Assembly (NCBI RefSeq): GCF_009914755.1 | Contig: NC_060934.1 | Length of the DNA stretch: 64,000 nucleotides | Source of the DNA: the human T2T-CHM13v2.0 reference genome, Homo sapiens | Direction: 5' to 3' (one strand) | In this document: piece by piece, positions 52,340 through 64,000 of the stretch | Numbering within the stretch: position 1 is the stretch's first letter | How the letters are laid out: each line of letters starts with the position of its first letter | Notes under the pieces: model-generated | Told to the model about the DNA's origin: nothing | Seen by the model: only the letters and a program-made list of their open reading frames with translations | Databases searched by the model: none | Program-made: the position numbers and the translations under genes

Positions 52340-53644
52340 CTATTAGAATATGCACATCACATTTCCATTTGGGCTACTTGAGATTGGGGTTAGCTGGGGT
52401 CTAGGGGCGCTTCCTGACCCTCAGACCTACAGAATATCTCCTGGGAAAACAGGATTGATGCTTGCTTATTTTATTAGATATTCTTTGGATCATTTGTTAA
52501 ATTCACTTCCAAGAATATCAAACCCTTATGTCCCACTCATTTGAAATATGTAAAAATACATAGGATCTGTACATAATGTATTGTGTGTGTATAAAGCTTA
52601 TATTATTTTCTTCTGCAAATTTTCAGTTTTCCTCATGATTAGACAGAAATTCAATCTCAAATAAATTGCCTTTTCAATCTATCTGCTTACAAAGTAATCA
52701 AGCTTCTGATTTTTTAGTCTAACTTCAATGTGGAAAAGGGATGCAACATTTATAGGAACATTAATATAAAATACAAGCCTACTTCTTTCTGAATTATACC
52801 TTTTTCAGAACTCATTTTATTTTTAGTACTTGTTTATATCATAGCTTATAATATGAAATGTGGAAAAAATAATAAAGCTGATTTACTTTAGGGTGTATTC
52901 CTGTTTAATCATGAGGAAAATCCTGAAAGACTGCAAATAATTGATTTCAATTTTTTAATCCATAAAAAGCACATAGAGTTGGAGTGAGTTATATTAACAG
53001 TATAAAATGAGTTGGAGAACTCGTCTAGATATGACCAAATTGAATGCAGATTTTCCTTGGTTACATTAACTTTCCCATTATCTGTACTAGTTAGACTTGA
53101 TTGTTTAGGCCAGTGGGTCTCACTGGCTACATATTACGTATTAGCTCTCTGGTGAACTTTTCAGAAAATACTGGTGATCGTTTCCAAATTAAATGAATCT
53201 GAATCTCTAGGGGTGGGACTTGGGCATTAATACTTTTGAAAATGTCCCATATGATTCTAATATGCAGCTGGAATTGAGAATCACTTAAGTCTTACAGAGA
53301 GTCTGACCCAGGGAACACGAATGATCTTGTGGCTTATGTTCTGGAAGATGCCACTGCAGATGTACTACCAGCAGATGGCAGAAGAGGGAAATTAAAAACA
53401 GGCTGGACGCTAGCCCTGATTAAGAAGCACACCGGACACCAAAAGGAATCTTTAAGGACTGAAGAATTTCTTAAAATTATTCTCAAGGATTGGTGTGGAG
53501 TTTTCTGGCTTTTCCTGAAATTCATACTTGGGTCTGATATTTGGGAAGTTCAATGCATGCAACCGAGGCAAGGTATGTGAAAGCCTGGAAAAGTATGGGG
53601 AAGAAAAATGTCACTGAATAAAGGATTTCTTCTTTCTTGAGGAC

Positions 53645-54854
<1,210 letters not shown>

Positions 54855-56374
54855 TATTTTCTTTAATTCAAGTTGGCTTTCAGGTACACTGGAATTTCAG
54901 GGGAAATCCCCTAACAATAATTTTTTTGAGGGTCTTCCATGTGGAGAGGCCTAAACTAAGGGCTGTTATTTAATGGGAACCCTGGTGCATTATCAAGTGC
55001 GGCTAAGAACACTCACCCAAAACGTAGCTATTGTTCCAAATACCTGTGCATGCCCTGACTTTTTCTTGGTGTTTCAAGAACTAGCTAATAGGAGTTAAGG
55101 TTCAATTAAAGTTACTTAAATGTGACTAAAATAGGACATTAACTTTTCAGCAACTGGAAAGAAGACTGCTGCATCTCCGAGTGCTGGCTTCTGGAGAGCA
55201 GCCGAGTTTAAAATGTTTATATCCCCATGTCCGCCTGCCCCAAAGGCTTAATAAAGATTCTGGTTGGAATTAAATTTACAATATGGTGACTGGACATTTC
55301 ATTCCAATAAAATCCCCTTAGAGTATTGTATTTCATCCATGTAAATATCTACAATTTGCAAACATCTGTCCCTACGCTAACAAATTGCAAAAGAGTTGAT
55401 GATATTTGGCCTCCCAAGAGCTCACAGACTTGTTTACGAATTGCATTCAGTATTATTTTCCAGTGCTGCAGTCAAAATTGTGAGTCTCAGCCATCAACGG
55501 CCTGGGCATTCCATGACACATAGCCTCATACTGATAACACTGTGTGGTGCCTTCACTCCCCAACTGCACTCTAGTTACTGAGGAGCAGGTACCAAGACTC
55601 TGTCTCACTCATAGCAGGCACTCGAAGCTTCTCTATAATACATGGCGTGCTGGGATTGGACAGAGTATGGGAGGCCATCCAATCTAACGTTCTCATCTAC
55701 AGAATGAGGTTTAAGGACCCCAGGAAGTTGAAAGACTTGCCCAAGTTGACTCAGTTAGTAGCAAAATAAGAACTTGAACCTAGGACTCCTAACTTCTAGA
55801 TCTGTTGTTTGAATCAATAGGGAGCACTGAGAAGCTCGAAGATGATCTGGTGATTTCAAAGGCTGCTGTTGAAAAGGAGTAAAGGATGTGGAGTCCTTCT
55901 TCTTCCCCTCCTGGTTCTCTGCAGGCCCCCTATGATGGAAGAACACTAAGCTACACGTCTGAGTAGAACAAACAAAAGCAGAGTAGCAGCATTTGGGAAG
56001 AGACAAGGATATGGGGAGAAAGTGGGAGAATTCTTCTAACCCAGCCTGCTTCTAGTAACTTTCTTAGCTGGTCCAAACCTGGTTCTGGAAAGAAAAGAAC
56101 AAACTGGTTTACCAAAGCTCTGAGTAAGGGCTATCAGGACAGCTGCACAGGTTGGTCTGGGTTTGGCTAAGTGAGATGACTGGGGCAAGGCTTTGTAAGT
56201 AATAAAGCAGTAGATGAGCAAGAGGAAGATTAATGTCAGTCATTTATTTTAATCCAAAAAAGGCTTGGCTTTCATTGTACTGTTGGAATTTGGAGTCAGA
56301 ACAAAACAGTACCAAGAATGTTACAGAATCCAATCAATCTTGGCTTTTAAAATGCAGAATGGCTTCACTGCTAT

Positions 56375-56723
56375 TTTTCTTTTTCTCTTTCTCTGTCTCT
56401 CTTTATCTTTCTTTTCTCTTTCTTTCTTTCTTTGAGACAGGGTCCCACTCTGTCATGAAGGCTGGAATGGAGTGGTGTGATCACAGCTCACCGCAGCCTT
56501 GATCTTCCCAGCTCAAGAGATCCTCCTGCCTTAGCTTCCCCAGTAGCTGGGACTACAGGCACATGCCACCACGCCCAGCTAATTTTTGTATTTTTTTTTT
56601 TTTTTTTAGAAATGGGATCTTACTATGTTGCCCAGTTGGTCTCAAACTCCTGGGTTCAAGCAATCCTTCCACCTCGGCCTCCCAAAGTGTTAGGATTACA
56701 GGCATGAGCCACCACATGTGGCC
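56375..56723 (-). mobile_element. AluJ with a CT-rich tail
   Basis: AluJ-type sequence. Confidence 0.88.
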
Positions 56724-57742
56724 TACACTGTTATTTCCATCACGAGAGAGACCCAGCTTGCTATCAGTGAAGTTCCCTTGCTACTTCCTCATTCCACGGT
56801 ACATAGGAAGTATGTATCTCTTATTGGATTCACGTCCACACATGGTTAATCTTTCAAAGGCTGACAAAACACACAAACAGAAGAACAGCTTTGCAAGTAG
56901 TTCTTGTTTAATGTAATCATTTGGGGCATTCTGGCACTGGGAAGTTTACAAAGTTAAATATCAATTTCAGTTCTGTTGCTTGATTCATGACAAGAAATCT
57001 CTGAGGTAGTAAAGACAGGAAAACAACACTGGGGTTGTAATTCATGTCTCCCTAGCACAAGACCTAGCATGGATATGCTGGCACAACGCCTGGCAAAAAG
57101 ACAATTAGAGGAACAGCTAACCTGAGTGTGTTACTGAGGGTCTAAACTGAAGGCTGTGCTTATCCCCAATCATGGGGCTCAGGAGCCAGAATTTAATCAT
57201 GCAAAAAGCCAAATATCAGATATGGATAGAGTGACCACGTAAAGTTAAAATGCAAGTTAGCTCAGGCACATGGATTTAGTGCCTAAAACAAAATAAATCC
57301 AGGCCTGAAGAACTGAGAACTCAGCCAAAGACTGGGGAAAGATGGATGATTCTTCTTTGAATAGAAAAACTGCAAATACTAATGACCTCCCAGGCATTTG
57401 TGCTAGAATTAGTCTTAAATTTCTATAAGTAATTCAGAATTGAGATCTCCAAGTTTGCACATCACGATACGTTTTCTAGAGAAGCAGAATGTCAAGCTAC
57501 TAAGAATAAATGGCAAAACAGCTCACTAAGTTCTGAGAGCGGCCAGAATAGAAGTAGAAAATTTCAAGGTAAGCAAGAGAACAAGGAAATCACACTTAAA
57601 TAATTATGGGATTCAGCAATCCCTGTGAGTTATCCTTATGGAGTTTCCTGTGAGCTCAAAGTACTGGAACTAAAAACAAACGCCAACTAAATGTAAAGCA
57701 TCCTCAGAAAGGGATATGCAAGCTAAACTCTCTGTAAATTAC

Positions 57743-57903
57743 AGTGTATCTAGAATCTTTGAAACAATTTCAATTGCCACATTCCAAGGCTCATTGGAGA
57801 GGAGTCAGAATGCCTCTGAAGGGTCTGAATGGAATTGGGAGCGCGGGCTGCCATATCAAGATTCCTCAGGATGAAAGCTTGGAGGGGCCTTCAACATGAC
57901 ATT
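57743..57903 (-). pseudogene. Exon relic NVMLKAPPSFHPEES*YGSPRSQFHSDPSEAF*LLSNEPWNVAIEIVSKILDT
   Basis: cccactttacag acceptor, GTAATT donor; phase 0 to 2, compatible with the next relic 57527-57669 (phase 2 to 1). Confidence 0.55.
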
Positions 57904-58503
57904 CTGTAAAGTGGGAGCATGACTAGGGAAGGTCAGAGCAAACATTCCAGGGTGCTGATTGCACCTGCTCTGTGCTAAACACCTAGCACACATGAATCTT
58001 CTCACTTATAATGTAGTGGCTCCATGGAGTGAAGACTAATTAGTAGCTTATTTTATAGAAGGAACTAAGGTGTAGAGGAGTTAAATAACCTTCTACTAAG
58101 GGGTAAGAATTCCAACCAAGGCTGTTTGACTCCCAAGCCACTGATGACACTAAACTGCTTTTCTTTAGTGTTTTTATAAAATGTTGATTTCCTTTCTTCC
58201 AGGAGTCCAAACCAGCCATTAGTAATCAGTGGCTCCTTTTTGATTTGTGCTTGGGTAATTGCACTCCTTCTGCATCCCCTCCTCCTATCCTCAACAATTT
58301 CTCTTCAAAAGGTACAAAAGGGGTTGCTCTCCCTTCTTCTTGCAATGCTCCCGAGAAAGAGAAGACACTGAGACACTGAGATTGGGTAGAGACACAGTAG
58401 AGCACTAGTGATATTTTGAAAGTGTAATTTGAAAGAAGTGAATTTAGGATAAACAAATTTCTGAATTTCTAAAAAAAAAAAAAAAAATCGAGAAACTCCT
58501 CAT

Positions 58504-58697
58504 TCCATGGGGAGGTGCAGGTTGAAAACAGATGAGTTTAAGAAAGTTTTAAATAAGTTTTTGAGTCAATGATATATCCAAATGGCTTATTCGAGGACAT
58601 GGGGAATGTCAGAGGGACATCTCTAATCCTTTGGAAATGTATAGTGTTGAAATTGAAATCACATCCCTCAGTGTTACCATCAAAGGTCATTTTTACA
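58504..58697 (-). pseudogene. Exon relic VKMTFDGNTEGCDFNFNTIHFQRIRDVPLTFPMSSNKPFGYIIDSKTYLKLS*THLFSTCTSPW
   Basis: atgcag acceptor; 64 codons with one stop; donor reads ATGAGG (GT lost); phase 2 to 1. Confidence 0.55.
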
Positions 58698-59194
58698 CTG
58701 CATGAATTTAGAGGCTAGCCTAGTTGGAAAATTTTTACTTAGCTTTCTTTAGGATCCTGAGCATCAACAATTTTGGGCAGAGAGTATATAAAAAAACAAA
58801 CAAACATGTAGTTAACCACTCCGAAATTCTGTAGCTATTTTATGACAACATTTTCCGTTGTTTCCATTCATTGGAGTCATATTTTCCTCCTCATGCATTT
58901 CTTTTGATAATGTTTTACAGACATTGCTGATTGACATTTATTATCTGAATGTCTCCTTCCCAGACTGAAGTATGATCTTCGTTAGCCATAAGCAGTCAGC
59001 AAGCATCTCCTATGACTTGGGGTCCTGGGCTAGTTGCTGGCTACCTTTTCAGTTATTCCCAAAGTGTGGTCATTGCTTTAAGAATTCATTTATTTCAAAA
59101 TAATACAAGGTCTACTCAATTAGTAGCAACAAAGAGTCAACCAACCCTAAAAATCAAGATAACAACAAAATAGGGACTATTACATTTTCCTCTT

Positions 59195-59600
<406 letters not shown>

Positions 59601-60124
59601 TAAAACTCAACTTCTTTGCTATAGTCAGCCAGGTCCTGTACAATAACATCGCTTCCAGCATCGTCACTGTCTCCAGAGCGCCCACACTCCACCCATACTG
59701 GTTTCCGTTTGTACCTCAAATGCTTCAAGCTTTTTTCCCCCACAGCAAGCTGTTTGTACATGCTGTTCCCTCTTCCTTTCCAGCTTTTTCTTCCTCTGCC
59801 TTTGCCAGCTAGATCTTTCTCATTTACTGCCTCTTTAGAAAAACCAAAATGCAAAACAAAAATACATGTATGGGGCCAAGAGGTGAGCACTATTTCCCAA
59901 AACTTATTAGGATTGAGTAATAATGGAAAACAGTTTAGCAACATAAACCTTTATAAATAAAAAGCAGAGAGCTGTCTTAAGTTTTTAATCATTCATCTCA
60001 ATTATTTATTTAAAACAGCTTATTTTTGATAAACTGCAGTTTGGTTTAAGTTTAAATAAATACGAGTCTTCTACTCCCACCCATGAAAAATGAAGTCTAA
60101 CAGGTGATTAAGGAGTATAAAATA

Positions 60125-60424
60125 GGCTGGGTGCTGTAGCTCATGCCTGTCATCCCAGCACTTTGGGAAGCTGAAGCAGAAAGATCACTTGAGCTCAGAA
60201 GTTTGAGACAAGCCTGGGCAACATAGCAAGACCCCCATCTCTACAAAAAATACAAAAATTAGCTGAGCGTGGGGGTGCACGCCTGTGGTTCCAGCTACTC
60301 AAGAGGCTGAAGCAGGAAGACGGCTTGAGCCCATGAACTGGGGGCTGCAGTGAGCCATCATCGCACCACTGAACTTTAGCCTGGGCAACAGAGCAAGACC
60401 CTCAACCCATACCAAAAAAAAAAA
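60125..60424 (+). mobile_element. AluJ
   Basis: Full dimer, TSD-like gga(g/a)tataaaatag. Confidence 0.88.
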
Positions 60425-60759
60425 AGGAATATAAAATAGAAAACACAGGAGCTTTTTTGTTTGTTTCTTTTTTGCCTTGGGTTATTCTCAGATGCCAGGT
60501 TTTCAGGTGTGTTTGGTGATATTTTATCTTTCACCACATTGTTAGCTGGATGGTCCTCTCCCCTGATGCTTCCTTCCCTCCCCTCCCCTGTGTGGGTCAT
60601 TTATGATCATCTTCTAGGAGCTCCTGCATATTAAGCCACAGGAGAGAAAACCCAGCAGCATGGGTTCCATGATGAGGCTATGCCAGCCACCTGGCTGGGC
60701 ACTAAATCTCAATGTCTTTCCACCTCATAATACTATTAATACTATTAAAAGTTGGCTGT

Positions 60760-61361
<602 letters not shown>

Positions 61362-62124
61362 TTATATTCTTAAGCTCCCAGCAGATGAGGCTCCCAAATC
61401 TTATTCTTTAGAGACCTGTTATGCTGGTATCTTTTATGCTGTCTGTGGCGTAGCAATGCAGAAGCTTTTTCCTCTTTCGGTATTTGCACATACATATTTC
61501 TTTAATATTTCAGGAGGCTTAGAGCTAAGCAACACCCACATTTCTTGCCTGATGATTCAGGTGCTAAAAAAAAAACTGCTAAATTTTCTGTGTTTTTTTC
61601 TTTTTCTTTTCTTTTTCTTTTTTTTTTTTTAAGTCTTGCCGAATTAAGCAGAACTAAATTTTATCTTTTACAGGGAGAAAAACAGAGTTCTGGGACCTAC
61701 GGATTAAAGCAGATTCTCGAATTTTTGTTGGCATCAAGAAACATCTGAAGGCCTTGTCTCTTTCAAACAAAAGCAAAAAAGCCCTGCAGATTACAAATTC
61801 CCAGGTCCCACTCCTAGAGATGCTGATTTCGGCTCAGGAATTTGTCTATTTTTTTTAAAGCTAGGGCCCTAGGTAATTCTGAGAAAGACTCACAGACTAT
61901 GCTCTGAGAAACCTTAGAATGAAGATGAGTGGTTTCAGGTATTCTCACCTAATTGTCCAGCTGCCATCAAGGGTAATTTCGGTCTGAGCTCAGAAAGAAA
62001 CCCACACAAGTCCTTCTGTGAGTGAACTGAATATTCTACAATAAGTGGTTTTAGATGCCTTGGGAAGAGAGAAAGGCAAATGTTTTGTTTCAAAAAAGTA
62101 GCCTTATTTCACACTCTACCGTCT

Positions 62125-62240
62125 TGTTCTTCTTGTCCTCTTCTTCTTCCTTTTCTTTTGCCTTCTCTTCCTCATCTCCCTTATCCCCCTCTTCTTCCTC
62201 TTCTTCCCTTTCTTCTTCCTTTCTTCCTCCTTCTTCTTTT
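62125..62240 (+). repeat. CT-rich low-complexity tract, (CTT/CCT)n-like
   Basis: Direct reading. Confidence 0.8.
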
Positions 62241-62806
62241 TTGGTTCATTTGGGCAAATGTTATTTTCTCCTCTCCTTATCCAATCTCCTTTTTCAGAGG
62301 CTGAAGTGAAGTCTGCCACAAAACTCTTAAGAAGATGAGGTAGGTACGTCTCTACTGCTAGCAGAACTTAAAGGTAGGACTCAGAACTTAAGAGACCACT
62401 CTCTGCAGAGTCCTGGAATTGGCTGGGAATAAATCACCTTTCTTATTTTTCAAGACGAATCTGATAGGCATGACGTAAAATAGTGGAGAAATTCAGGAAT
62501 GCACCATTGCTTGGATCCTAGCAAAGGAGCATTGCTCTCTATCCCACTCCATACACCATAACAGGAACAGGCAAACAGGTGGCAGTCCGTGGAGTGCCAC
62601 TACATTCAAACAAGTTCAAAGCCATCACACACAGGAGCTAAGGAAGAGGCTGCCACAAGATTCTCAGGCAGCCCCAGTAGTATCCTCTAGGAACTGATTA
62701 TCAGGATTAGCACCCAGAGTATAACTCATAGCCTAGGAAGGGAGCAGTGCTTTTGAAGGAGCCATTGGGGAATGGGAGGGTAGCAAGACTAATTTAAGAG
62801 ATTGTG

Positions 62807-63112
<306 letters not shown>

Positions 63113-63140
63113 GATTGTGAACACAGACAAAACTATTTAC

Positions 63141-63334
63141 AAACAAGTTCCTTCATTCTTTTGTCGGTGAAGCAAATCTGCTGCCTGTTAGTCTTGACGC
63201 TGTCATCTGAGCGGACGGTTAGCAACATCTCTCTCACTGAACCAGGAAAGGGTGACAAAGTATCTCCATGGACCCCTTGAGGGATAAATGGGTGGGTTGA
63301 GGGAAGGAGTGCTCATTGTCTTTTGAACATTTAG
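63141..63334 (-). pseudogene. Exon relic (A)[64 protein letters not shown]
   Basis: ccctttccaacag acceptor, GTAAAT donor; 194 nt, consistent with phase 1-1 plus a 1-nt deletion. Confidence 0.5.
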
Positions 63335-63418
63335 CTGTTGGAAAGGGAAGAAAGGAGTTGCAAAAAATGGGTGAACAATGAACAGTGGGGTTTGAATCCC
63401 GGCAGTGTCTGTACTCAC

Positions 63419-63442
63419 CTCCTTGTAGTCAGAGGTGCTGTC
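63419..63442 (-). pseudogene. 24-nt micro-exon relic
   Basis: ctcttttctctcccag acceptor, GAG|GTGAGT donor. Confidence 0.55.
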
Positions 63443-64000
63443 CTGGGAGAGAAAAGAGAACTTTTAACAACTACTCTTTTTTTTTTTTTTTTTTCGAGAA
63501 GTGGAATAGCTCTGTCCTCTGTGCCCTCACTAGGAGTCAGACCCCTGGATGGACTTGCCAGATAGGGAATTAACCCATTTTCCATCTGGGAACCTGGCTC
63601 TCCTACGACTAAAGAAGGTATCTGGAGTACATGGCAGGGAATGGCATGAAAGAGCGCTCTCCTGTGAGTAGGAGATGAGCAGTTCTTACTCAGGGTCACT
63701 CAGCTTCTATAGGTTTCAACTTCCGATTCTCCCTAAAGCCACATGAAACCTTCAAATGTATCCTTTCTGTTCATGTCTCTTGGGCCATCAATTTATTCTA
63801 CGTGCAGGGGAGGAGCAGATACTGCGGTGTGTTTATTGTCCAACAGGAATCACCAAAGACATTCCATAGGCTGCTAAAAGGCTGTTCATGTGTTACACCA
63901 CTAACTTGAATCTGGAAACTGCAGTTCTGAACTGTAAGCCATTGTTTGGCAACTGATGTAAGATACATAGGTTTCACCAAGTATTTGTATCAACACATTG

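Noticed and set aside
53329-53580. Plus-strand 83-aa ORF ending near a GTATGT donor
   Set aside because: No plus-strand partner exons; better explained as the antisense shadow of a minus-strand relic exon.

Overview
Human (primate) genomic DNA, recognised as the PLEKHS1 (C10orf81) locus on 10q25.3. PLEKHS1 lies on the + strand. It has a non-coding exon 1 ending at 5616 and 12 coding exons between 9133 and 34650 that splice in phase to a 454-aa protein (468 aa using the distal exon-10 donor). The protein has an N-terminal PH domain, a YEPM motif and a PDZ-like C-terminal segment. The window also contains the known intron-1 hairpin mutation hotspot (5676-5699), MIR4483 on the minus strand, a C-rich ~28-unit VNTR in the 3' UTR, and many Alu, L1, L2, MIR, MaLR, Tigger1 and MER elements. 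The main unexpected observation is in the apparently intergenic 39-64 kb region: about 20 minus-strand exon-like segments with canonical splice sites and mostly compatible phases, carrying stops, frameshifts and some broken splice sites. They look like the 3' part of a large, decayed, intron-containing gene (candidate unitary pseudogene) that I cannot name. Most ORFs in the supplied track are Alu, L1 or VNTR artefacts. All work was by eye: repeat boundaries and subfamily calls are approximate.
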